Assembly (NCBI RefSeq): GCF_036626455.1 | Contig: NZ_JAZKRK010000006.1 | Coordinates: 2,380 to 66,379, forward strand | Length of the DNA stretch: 64,000 nucleotides | Reading direction: 5' to 3' | Source: Halodesulfurarchaeum sp. | Lineage (GTDB): Archaea; Halobacteriota; Halobacteria; Halobacteriales; Halobacteriaceae | Shown: positions 17,301-25,105 of the stretch, one piece after another | How the letters are laid out: every line of letters begins with the position of its first letter | Position numbering within the stretch: the first letter of the stretch is position 1 | The notes under the pieces: generated by a model | What the model was told of the DNA's origin: nothing | The model's database searches: none | The model's input: the letters and a program-made list of their open reading frames with translations, nothing else | Translations under genes and position numbers: made by a program

Positions 17301-18341
17301 TCATTCTGACAATTCCTGCGCTTCGAGGATATTTTCAACCTGTTCTCGAAGGTCTGATAATTCGTCTTGCTGTGCGACTTTTGAGGCCAATACGTCGACA
17401 CAGATCTCACGGAACGTTTCCATGTCCTTTCGGTCGACTTCCGCGAGTCCTTCGGCAGCCATAATCTCAGCCCGCGTCCCGACATTGATTTCTAGAATGC
17501 CTCTCAGTTCCCGGAAGATATCGACGATCGATTCAATCTCCGATTGCGATAAGTCTTCGTCCACGTGTTTGCTGACGATCTTCATTTCCGTTTCAAAATC
17601 ATAGAAATCCATATAGACCCCCACCAACCGGTCGAGCAGTGCGTCCTGTGGTTCGTGAACGCCTGCGTATTCGACGGAATTTGACGTGAGGATCGCTCGA
17701 AACTCCGGATGGACTTCAACGAATCGCGATTCACCTCGTTTGCCGGGTAGTTCGAGCACGCCTTCCTCAAAGACCGACAACAGGACGTTGTTCGCGACAG
17801 GTTTCGTCCGTGAAAATTCGTTGTAAACAAGCGTACCGCCCTCTTTTACCGCGAGTGTGAGGGGATTGTCAACCCATCGGTCGCGAATGATATCCTTGCT
17901 CTTAATGACATTGTGAATGTACTTGTCCCGTTCAGAGTACCGCTCTTCTTGAGCGTATTCCCCGACAAGGTCGTTCGTATTCAATTCAGCGTCCCCGTTG
18001 ATCCAGACTACTGGGCGGTCCAGTTCCCGGGCAACCTCAATAGCTAGGGCTGTCTTTCCACAACCAGTCGGGCCTATGAGATGAATGGGATGGTTCGCCT
18101 CGATCCACCGATGAAGTCGTCGTTTCAGTTGTTGAATTTCGTCGGTTTCGACGAACGGCTGCTCGGCGATGGCGACAGATTCGGACAAATCCGATTGCTG
18201 GAGGTCCTGGGTTTCGTTATTGACCGCCTGGCTCATTCTCTGCAGTTCTTTTTCTTGGCGTGTGTGTTGTTTCTCCGATTGTGAAGTTCTGATTTGCGAG
18301 CCTCGAACCTTCCGGTCGTCGGTCCCTCCGTTTTGAGTCAT
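17301..18341 (-). CDS. gvpN: Gas vesicle protein GvpN (AAA+ ATPase)
   Basis: 346 aa. Walker A LIGPTGCGKTA and Walker B-like TLVYNEFSR. ATGA overlap with the gvpC stop. Confidence 0.95.
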   Translation of the reverse strand: MTQNGGTDDRKVRGSQIRTSQSEKQHTRQEKELQRMSQAVNNETQDLQQSDLSESVAIAEQPFVETDEIQQLKRRLHRWIEANHPIHLIGPTGCGKTALAIEVARELDRPVVWINGDAELNTNDLVGEYAQEERYSERDKYIHNVIKSKDIIRDRWVDNPLTLAVKEGGTLVYNEFSRTKPVANNVLLSVFEEGVLELPGKRGESRFVEVHPEFRAILTSNSVEYAGVHEPQDALLDRLVGVYMDFYDFETEMKIVSKHVDEDLSQSEIESIVDIFRELRGILEINVGTRAEIMAAEGLAEVDRKDMETFREICVDVLASKVAQQDELSDLREQVENILEAQELSE

Positions 18342-19552
18342 TCTTCTTTGGGGCGAAGGGGAACATCTTCGCCGTATTCGTCACGATATTTTTCAATTGT
18401 CAGGTCGTGGGTTTGAAGATGCGGTTCTGTGATTGCCTTGAAGTACTCGCCACATATCTTGCACATGACCATATCTTCAGGCTCCGCTTCGGACGATTCA
18501 ACATTTTCTTCCGCCGCTTCGACGTCTTCTTCCTCATATTCATTTTCTTCGACCGGCTCGGTCGTTTCTTTCGTCTCAGAATCTTCCTCGACATCAGGGG
18601 CTTTGGATGAGGATCTGGGTGACTCCTGTTCTGCTTCCGACTCCGATTTGTCGGTCACTTCCCCCTCCGTGACCGATTCGACTTCGGAACTGGCTTCGGA
18701 ATCCGTCGTGGTACTTGGTTCGCCCTCGGATTCTTCCGCTCTTTCCGGTTCACGTTCGGCCTCCGTACCCGTCTCAGGTAAGTCGAACCCGTAGAACGTC
18801 TTGGTGTACCCCTCGAACGCTGCGAGTGATTCGGCCGTTTGGGCTTCGAATTCTTCGACTGCGTCAAAGAATGCCTCCACATCTTCATTTTGGAACCTCC
18901 GTGCGAATTCCGCTAATTCATCGGCTTCGGTGTCGATTTCCCCTTCGACGGAATCGACTGATGTCCTGAACGCATCAACATAGTCGCCGAACGAATCCTC
19001 AGCATCGTTGTACTCTTGCTCCAAGGCCTGAATCGCGTCTATCATCGCTCCAATATCTTTTATCTCCTCCACGTCAGCCATAAACCTCGGGCCGTAGTCA
19101 TTGTAAGCCCCCACCTTCGTTTCTACGTCCTCACGATGAGTTTCAATCTTCTTCTGAAAGGTTTCTCCATACCCTTCGAATTCTTTTCCAGCACGGGAAA
19201 ATGCCGTTTGCATATCGGCGATTGCGGACAGAAAGCCTTGAACGGAAAGCAGGTTTTCCACGTCACCTTGGAACTCTTCGTTGTATTCTTCGAATTCGTC
19301 CTGGCAGTCTTGGAGGTCCTGCCGCTGGGTAATAATTGATTCCCGAAAAGCGTCTACGTCGCCCGTGAAGGAGTTTCGATAGTCTGCGAATGCGTCTTCT
19401 GTCGTCTCAAAGTACCGTCGCGTCGATTCGAACTCCGCGTGTAAATCGGAAACATCCCATTTTCGGTCGCTGTCTTTTTCGAACCGGTTCACGAATTTCT
19501 CGAACTCTTCGGCCACTGCATCGAAAGAATCGAGTTTGGTATTTACGCTCAT
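18338..19552 (-). CDS. gvpC: Gas vesicle protein GvpC (repeat protein with acidic linker and C-terminal zinc-finger-like motif)
   Basis: 404 aa. Degenerate ~35-40 aa repeats of the F-x-x-Y-x-x-x-F/D type (AFADYRNSF, EFEEYNEEF, EFEGYGETF, SFGDYVDAF, AFEGYTKTF). A Glu/Ser-rich linker follows. The C-terminus reads CKICGEYFKAITEPHLQTH. Confidence 0.9.
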   Translation of the reverse strand: MSVNTKLDSFDAVAEEFEKFVNRFEKDSDRKWDVSDLHAEFESTRRYFETTEDAFADYRNSFTGDVDAFRESIITQRQDLQDCQDEFEEYNEEFQGDVENLLSVQGFLSAIADMQTAFSRAGKEFEGYGETFQKKIETHREDVETKVGAYNDYGPRFMADVEEIKDIGAMIDAIQALEQEYNDAEDSFGDYVDAFRTSVDSVEGEIDTEADELAEFARRFQNEDVEAFFDAVEEFEAQTAESLAAFEGYTKTFYGFDLPETGTEAEREPERAEESEGEPSTTTDSEASSEVESVTEGEVTDKSESEAEQESPRSSSKAPDVEEDSETKETTEPVEENEYEEEDVEAAEENVESSEAEPEDMVMCKICGEYFKAITEPHLQTHDLTIEKYRDEYGEDVPLRPKEE

Positions 19553-19564
19553 GGTGTGTTATGA

Positions 19565-19615
19565 ACAAAAACCGGTAGTTGATGGTCGATACCTCCGTTG
19601 AACCTATGACCGGTT
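19565..19615 (-). terminator. Stem plus oligo-U element between gvpA and gvpC (candidate attenuating terminator)
   Basis: In gvpA sense: TAACCGGT...(32 nt)...ACCGGTTTTTGTT. The 7-bp arms AACCGGT/ACCGGTT lie at 19609-19615 and 19570-19576. A T5 run follows, with plus-strand aaaaa at 19567-19571 (the last two bases are shared with the stem arm). Confidence 0.4.
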
Positions 19616-19832
19616 AGGCTTCCGCTCCGGCCGTCAGTTCGGCTTGTTCGATTTTTGCTATCTCTTCGGCATAGTGGAGGAACGTATCTACTGACGCCGC
19701 CACCACGCGTGCCTCGACGGTCAGAATCTCGATGCCTACCAGCGAAACTCTCGCCCAAATATCCACAACAACTCCTTTGTCGAGGACCCTGTCAAGCACT
19801 TCTGCAAGACTCGAACTGTCGGGTTGTGCCAT
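19614..19832 (-). CDS. gvpA: Major gas vesicle structural protein GvpA
   Basis: 72 aa: [63 protein letters not shown].... This is the highly conserved GvpA sequence. Confidence 0.97.
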   Translation of the reverse strand: MAQPDSSSLAEVLDRVLDKGVVVDIWARVSLVGIEILTVEARVVAASVDTFLHYAEEIAKIEQAELTAGAEA

Positions 19833-20008
19833 TGTTTTTTTACTCCCCTTCCATCTGCAAATTTGGCTCCTATTCGTAAATACATCAGTATAATATCACT
19901 GCTCGTTTCATCGGCCATATCGTCGGTCGTAACTACGCATGTACTCGAAGATGGCACTATGGGGTTGGATATACAACCCCAAACTGAGGGCAAATACCAT
20001 TTGGGACA
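19833..20008. promoter_or_regulatory. Divergent gvpA / gvpD promoter region
   Basis: 176-bp spacer. On the gvpA side there is a TATA-like TTTACGAATA (plus 19871-19882) preceded by TGAAACGA-gcag-TGATATTA (plus 19891-19910). On the gvpD side a TATA-like GATATACA sits inside the inverted repeat GGGGTTG/CAACCCC (19961-19980). Confidence 0.5.
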
Positions 20009-21544
20009 ATGACAACAAGTGCCGTCAGTCTAATAGAGCGGGAGTACCCGGGCTTCGAGCGATTGCCAAACGAAGTGGAAGACTTCTTTGCTGAGACCAG
20101 GGGCCAATCATTATTAGTCACCGGTGCGCCGGGAACAGGGAAGACACTATTCACCCTTCGTGTACTCGATTCGCTTGCAAGAGGTCCGGATGAAGCATTG
20201 TATGTCTCATCCCGAATCGACGAGGACGCCATTCACCGGTTATACCTCGATGAGTACACTTCGCTCGACAGGACAAACGTACTTGACCTGTCCCGGGGAC
20301 CATTCGACACGCCATTGAACGTCGATTTTCCGTTTGACGATCTCTCCAGAGACACGTTTCTCGACTGGGTCCGGACGGTCAGTGATGTGAGTCATGGTTT
20401 CGCCCTCGCTTTCGACAGTTGGAAATTGATACAGGAGTCGTTGGGTCCCCCGGCCCGAGAACGGGGTAAGGACGAGGGACTTGTGGACAGACTGGCAGCC
20501 TTGGCTCGGCAAGAAGGAATCGATCTGGTACTGGTCGCAGAGAGCAAGAGCGCGAGCGCTCTTGAGTATATCTCTGACGGGGTTGTCCGTCTCCTGGTGA
20601 AAGAAAATAATGCTGGACAAACCTTACGAACGCTCCTCCTCGAAAAACTTCGAGGGGTTCATATTGGCAATCGATCAAAGCCCTTCACCCTAAGTGGTGG
20701 GAAATATCGCAGTTGCTCTCCTGTTCGAATCGAAGAGATCCGGGCAGGGCCTGACGCTGGACAATGGGAGCCGACATCGGGCACGAGATCGACGTTTGCC
20801 ACGGGGATCGAAACGCTTGACGACCTGCTTACGAACGGTTACAATCGTGGAAGCCTCGTCCACGTCGAACTCGGGCCAGATTTGCCCCGCGATGCGTGGA
20901 CACTCGTAGTCATACCAACGATCAGAAACTTTCTCGCCAAGGAACGGGGGGTCGCAGTCGTTCCGCCTCGAGAGAGTAGCCCGGGGTTGCTTCATAGTGA
21001 TTTGAGTGCCGCCGTCTCACCAGATGTCTTCGAGGAAAAATGCACTGTGTTTGAGCCGTCAATGGACGTTTCAGCCATTGAAGGCGAGCCAAACGAGGAA
21101 TTTGGGTGGCCAGTTTATCAGACCAAATTGGAGGGTGGAAAAACCAAGCTGCACAAGGGTGATTCGAAGATCGGACACGACGTGGGAGATAGCCGAGGAA
21201 TAACCATACAGACGTTTTTGCAAGAAATCGAGAAAATCCGGCCTTCGGATGATGGGCCAGTCTTGCATGTCCTTGATACGGAAGCGATGGAAAGTAGAAT
21301 CAAGTCCCGCTTAGGCGACTTGGCACGATACATCGCCCTCCACAACGATTTGGCCCTTTTTATCACGAAACCTGGCAGCGAACTCCAGACGGGAACAGAT
21401 CGCGTGGCAGATGTCCATCTACGGCTCGAACGGCAAGAGGGAACAATTGTACTTTCCGGAAGGAACCCTGTCACGCCACTGCTCAGTGTCGGAGTCGACA
21501 CCAAAAAATCAGTTCCAAGGGTGGTCCTCGTGGAGATGGTCTAA
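20009..21544 (+). CDS. gvpD: Gas vesicle regulatory protein GvpD (P-loop, KaiC/RecA-like repressor)
   Basis: 511 aa. Starts MTTSAVSLIEREYPGFERLPNEVEDFF.... P-loop LLVTGAPGTGKTLF. It is the first gene of the rightward gvp operon, as in known vac regions. Confidence 0.9.
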   Translation: MTTSAVSLIEREYPGFERLPNEVEDFFAETRGQSLLVTGAPGTGKTLFTLRVLDSLARGPDEALYVSSRIDEDAIHRLYLDEYTSLDRTNVLDLSRGPFDTPLNVDFPFDDLSRDTFLDWVRTVSDVSHGFALAFDSWKLIQESLGPPARERGKDEGLVDRLAALARQEGIDLVLVAESKSASALEYISDGVVRLLVKENNAGQTLRTLLLEKLRGVHIGNRSKPFTLSGGKYRSCSPVRIEEIRAGPDAGQWEPTSGTRSTFATGIETLDDLLTNGYNRGSLVHVELGPDLPRDAWTLVVIPTIRNFLAKERGVAVVPPRESSPGLLHSDLSAAVSPDVFEEKCTVFEPSMDVSAIEGEPNEEFGWPVYQTKLEGGKTKLHKGDSKIGHDVGDSRGITIQTFLQEIEKIRPSDDGPVLHVLDTEAMESRIKSRLGDLARYIALHNDLALFITKPGSELQTGTDRVADVHLRLERQEGTIVLSGRNPVTPLLSVGVDTKKSVPRVVLVEMV

Positions 21545-21579
21545 AACGGGTGACCGGTCCAAAAATCAAAGAGAGACTC

Positions 21580-22215
21580 ATGACGAACGTGTACGCCTAC
21601 GGCATTATCGAACAGGAAGACCTTGAGTTGGTCGTTGAAGCTGTAGCAGGGGCATCACGCGTGTACACGGTTGACTACAAGACACTCTCCGCGGTCGTTT
21701 CGCCTATTGATACAAAAGACCCGGAGCGGACCGATACGGATGTCAACCGGCATAACGAGGTGCTTCGAACTGTCATGGAACATGGCGATGGGCGGACTGT
21801 TGTTCCAATGAGCTTCGGTATGGCATTTAAAAATGAACGAACGCTCAAAGGCGTTATGCGGGGGGCAAGACGTGCCTTTCGCAAGGCATTGAACGATATC
21901 GAGGGAACAGTCGAACTGGGCGTCAAACTCATCGCGAGTGATTCGGCCGATCTCAACGGAGAAGCTATCCGCGATGATGTTGGAGACCGCCTTGGGCCTC
22001 ATTATGTAAGCGAAACTGACAATGATCTGTTCAGTGAGAGACTCCTCCTAAATAAGTCGTATCTCGTGGAGAGAGACGGACGGGACGCATTCGACGATGC
22101 TATCGACAAGATTGAAGCTGAGTACGAAGACGTACTTACCGTCCAATACACCGGACCCTGGGCCCCCTACAACTTCGTAGACATCCATATTGGAGCCAAC
22201 AAGGGAGGTAGATAA
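21580..22215 (+). CDS. gvpF: Gas vesicle protein GvpF
   Basis: ORF track gives 21550..22215 (GTG). The ATG at 21580 gives MTNVYAYGIIEQEDLEL.... The C-terminal YTGPWAPYNF is typical of the GvpF/L family. Confidence 0.9.
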   Translation: MTNVYAYGIIEQEDLELVVEAVAGASRVYTVDYKTLSAVVSPIDTKDPERTDTDVNRHNEVLRTVMEHGDGRTVVPMSFGMAFKNERTLKGVMRGARRAFRKALNDIEGTVELGVKLIASDSADLNGEAIRDDVGDRLGPHYVSETDNDLFSERLLLNKSYLVERDGRDAFDDAIDKIEAEYEDVLTVQYTGPWAPYNFVDIHIGANKGGR

Positions 22216-22217
22216 GT

Positions 22218-22469
22218 ATGCTACTGGTCGACGACCTTCTAATTCGACCATTCATCTCCATCTTGGAAACCCTCCAGACCCTCGCGCTCAAAGAGATGTA
22301 TGATATCGAATCCATTCAAGACGACCTCAAGGAAAATCAGCTCTTGTACGAACTTGGCGAGCGGACAAAAGCAGAGTACGAACAGCAGAAGGCTGAACTC
22401 GAGTCCGAACTCAAGATAGCCGAGTCGATTCAGAAACAAATGAATGGCCGGATCGAGGTGAAACGATGA
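22218..22469 (+). CDS. gvpG: Gas vesicle protein GvpG
   Basis: 83 aa: MLLVDDLLIRPFISILETLQTLALKEMYD.... This is the conserved GvpG N-terminus. Confidence 0.9.
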   Translation: MLLVDDLLIRPFISILETLQTLALKEMYDIESIQDDLKENQLLYELGERTKAEYEQQKAELESELKIAESIQKQMNGRIEVKR

Positions 22470-22996
22470 TACCTTTCGATGACGACCCCAATGGAATGGA
22501 TCGTTCCGGAACGAACAACGGGGTTGATGGCCTGCTAGACGCCCTTCGAACGATCTTCGGATCTCTTTCGAAAATTGAGGCAGAAGGTGGACATCGGAAA
22601 GGGGAAGGTCACATCGATCAGAACTGGAGAAGTGTCGATTATCGTTACGATGTCTCTATCGGCCTCAGCGAATTCTCAGACGATTTTACCGAAGACGATC
22701 ATCGGGGAAAGGAGCCCCCGAAAACGATCCGCTTTGAACCAGAATCGGCCGACAAGAGCTACGTTATCCGAGTGGACGAGACCGGTGACAAGATTCGCGT
22801 CTTCGCCGACCTACCTGGGACCGCAGAGAGGGACATTGACGTCTCCGTTACAGACGACGGGAATCTGCTGGAACTGACCGTCGAGGACGAAGTCGTCGAG
22901 TCCGTCCCTCTCAACTGGGACGAAACCACTTTGGTGGATGTCAGTTTCACCAATAAAATTTTGGAGGTTACCATGGAGAAAAACCATGACTCGTAA
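22466..22996 (+). CDS. gvpH: Gas vesicle protein GvpH (Hsp20/alpha-crystallin-like)
   Basis: 176 aa. ...IRVFADLPGTAERDIDVSVTDDGNLLELTV...KILEVTMEK resembles an alpha-crystallin fold. Its position between gvpG and gvpI supports the call. Confidence 0.85.
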   Translation: MIPFDDDPNGMDRSGTNNGVDGLLDALRTIFGSLSKIEAEGGHRKGEGHIDQNWRSVDYRYDVSIGLSEFSDDFTEDDHRGKEPPKTIRFEPESADKSYVIRVDETGDKIRVFADLPGTAERDIDVSVTDDGNLLELTVEDEVVESVPLNWDETTLVDVSFTNKILEVTMEKNHDS

Positions 22997-23384
22997 AAAC
23001 GACAAGCGGGACCGCAAACAGGCTCGTGCAATTCGAAAAGCATCGGCGAACCGTAAGAAGGCACGACAAAAATTGCTCCAGCAACGGAAGAAATTAGCAC
23101 GCCGTCGCCGGGAAAATCGAAAAAAGTCGGCTGAAAACCGAGACCAAGAGCAGAAAGATGAAGCAAACCCTACGGCCCGGTCGACGGTTCCAGACCAAAA
23201 ATCGAACGCTGAGAACGCAGCTCGAAACTCTAATTCCACGGTTCCAAAAAAACCCAAACACTCCAGATCACCAGTGGAAAAGCGGTTATACGGGACCAAA
23301 CTCCGGGAAGCCGGCGAAGGTACGGATCCATTCTCAAGTGACGCCCATAAGGAAGACGAAATGGATAGCGGTGAGACGTCATGA
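22986..23384 (+). CDS. gvpI: Gas vesicle protein GvpI (highly basic)
   Basis: ORF track gives 22938..23384. The ATG at 22986 gives MTRKNDKRDRKQARAIRKASANRKKARQKLLQQRKK.... The basic N-terminus and the position fit GvpI. Confidence 0.8.
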   Translation: MTRKNDKRDRKQARAIRKASANRKKARQKLLQQRKKLARRRRENRKKSAENRDQEQKDEANPTARSTVPDQKSNAENAARNSNSTVPKKPKHSRSPVEKRLYGTKLREAGEGTDPFSSDAHKEDEMDSGETS

Positions 23385-23677
23385 GCGATCCAAAACCGAC
23401 ACGAACACAGGGAGACCTTGCCGAATTGGTGGAAACACTGCTCGACAAAGGGGTCGTCATAAACGCCGATATCGTCGTGACAGTCGGCGACACTGAATTG
23501 CTGGGGGTGCAACTCCGAGCGGCGCTCGCCTCATTCGAGACAGCCGCGAAGTATGGTCTGGAGTTCCCCGCGGGAACGAATATGAAACGGGTTCAGAAGG
23601 AAGCTGACGTCGAACCTCTTGAGGACGACGAAACGAGGCCAGCCAGACCCCTATCAGATACAAACGAAGGTGACTGA
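23381..23677 (+). CDS. gvpJ: Gas vesicle protein GvpJ (GvpA-family)
   Basis: 98 aa. Contains ...DLAELVETLLDKGVVINADIVVTVGDTELLGVQLRAALASFETAAKYGL.... Confidence 0.92.
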   Translation: MSDPKPTRTQGDLAELVETLLDKGVVINADIVVTVGDTELLGVQLRAALASFETAAKYGLEFPAGTNMKRVQKEADVEPLEDDETRPARPLSDTNEGD

Positions 23678-23680
23678 GCA

Positions 23681-24019
23681 ATGGAACTCGCTGTTGAGGA
23701 CACTAACGGTGCCCATTCGGGGCTGGTAGGGCTGGTCTTGACGGTGGTCGAACTGCTTGCAGAAGCGATGGAGAAAGAAGCTATCCGACGGATGGAATCT
23801 GGCGAACTGACCGACGAAGAGATTGAACGCCTCGGCCGAACCATCAAATCACTGTGGGAAGAGATTGACCGACTGAAAGAAGAAGAAGGCGTCGAGGAGC
23901 AAGTTGATGATCTCCGCGGTGATCTGGATTCCTTAATTGATGACGCTGTTCGAGACCTCGAAACGTCAGGTGGAAGGCGCCAGCGAAGCGGAATACGGGA
24001 GGATCCCATCAATGACTGA
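23681..24019 (+). CDS. gvpK: Gas vesicle protein GvpK
   Basis: 112 aa. Contains ...LVLTVVELLAEAMEKEAIRRMESGELTDEEIERLG.... Confidence 0.9.
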   Translation: MELAVEDTNGAHSGLVGLVLTVVELLAEAMEKEAIRRMESGELTDEEIERLGRTIKSLWEEIDRLKEEEGVEEQVDDLRGDLDSLIDDAVRDLETSGGRRQRSGIREDPIND

Positions 24020-24797
24020 AAACGATCAATACGTGTACTGTCTCGTCGATACTTCCGATGATTGCGATCTATCAATAAACGATACCGGGATGAATGGCGA
24101 ACCAGTCGAGGTTGTTGATGTGGGCGGGGTCGGAATAGTCACACACACTACCGACGGATTGTATGACTCGGATAATTTGGATCAAATTCAGCAGTGGTTG
24201 CTTGATCATCAGTCGGTCGTAGATTCTGCTGGAGAAACGTATGGAACGCCGCTGCCATTACAATTCGACACAGTGTTTGAGGGAGGGATGGCGGCTGTAG
24301 AGGACTGGGTCTCCACTCATCACCAAGAAATCATTGAACACCTCAACTCTCTTGCCGGACACTGGGAATACCGAGTTCACTTACTTTGGGACGACGGGGC
24401 GTTCGAATCGACGGTAACTGAGGAAGACGGAAGACTAAAGCATCTCGCTCGTCGGAAGGAGGAAGCTACCGCAGGTAAAAGTTACATGATCGAGAAACAG
24501 TACGATCAACGATTGCGCGAGCGAAGACAGGAGCGGAAAAGCGAGCTTGTTAAAACCCTGATCAACGCGGTAGAACCAATCGCGGTGAATTACTTCGAAA
24601 TGGATGACAGTGGATCCCTCATTACGGAGAGCCACAAAGAGGAACGTAATCGAGTGACCCGATTAGGGGTACTCACTCATAGGGACGACGAGCAGGCGCT
24701 CGGCGAAAGACTCGACGATGTCGCTGCGATCGATGGAGTGACAATCCGATTCACTGGACCGTGGCCTCCCTACGGATTCACACCGGAATTCGAATAA
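24012..24797 (+). CDS. gvpL: Gas vesicle protein GvpL
   Basis: ORF track gives 23937..24797. The ATG at 24012 gives MTENDQYVYCLVD.... The C-terminal FTGPWPPYGF is typical of the GvpF/L family. It overlaps the gvpK stop. Confidence 0.9.
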   Translation: MTENDQYVYCLVDTSDDCDLSINDTGMNGEPVEVVDVGGVGIVTHTTDGLYDSDNLDQIQQWLLDHQSVVDSAGETYGTPLPLQFDTVFEGGMAAVEDWVSTHHQEIIEHLNSLAGHWEYRVHLLWDDGAFESTVTEEDGRLKHLARRKEEATAGKSYMIEKQYDQRLRERRQERKSELVKTLINAVEPIAVNYFEMDDSGSLITESHKEERNRVTRLGVLTHRDDEQALGERLDDVAAIDGVTIRFTGPWPPYGFTPEFE

Positions 24798-24806
24798 GGA
24801 GTGACT

Positions 24807-25094
24807 ATGCAACCGGAGAAGAATCAGGACCATGCGCTCGTTGAACTGGTAGATGTGCTACTTCGTGAAGGGGCGGTGTTGCAGGCCGATGTGGTCGTAA
24901 CCGTCGCCGACGTGCCGTTGATCGGCATTAACCTCCAAGCCGCTATCGCCGGAATGGCAACCATGACCGAGTACGGTCTCTTGCGGGAATTCGACACAGC
25001 AGTTCGAAAGCGACCAAAAACACAGCGGGACCGAAATAAAACCACGGGTAATATGGAGTCAAAGAAACATCAGCTCCGTCCAAGGGAAGATTAA
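24807..25094 (+). CDS. gvpM: Gas vesicle protein GvpM (GvpA-family)
   Basis: ORF track starts at the GTG at 24801. The ATG at 24807 gives MQPEKNQDHALVELVDVLLREGAVLQADVVVTVADVPLIGINLQAAIAGMATMTEYG.... Confidence 0.9.
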   Translation: MQPEKNQDHALVELVDVLLREGAVLQADVVVTVADVPLIGINLQAAIAGMATMTEYGLLREFDTAVRKRPKTQRDRNKTTGNMESKKHQLRPRED

Positions 25095-25105
25095 CAATCG
25101 GTAGA

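Noticed and set aside
21545-21579. Possible hidden gvpE between gvpD and gvpF
   Set aside because: The gap is only 35 nt, and no alternative frame overlapping gvpD or gvpF gives a GvpE-like (leucine-zipper, ~190 aa) product.
22811-24075. 233-aa and 160-aa minus-strand ORFs opposite gvpH-gvpK
   Set aside because: They are antisense to a run of well-conserved gvp genes. Their Cys/Phe/Arg/Ser-rich composition is unlike haloarchaeal proteins.
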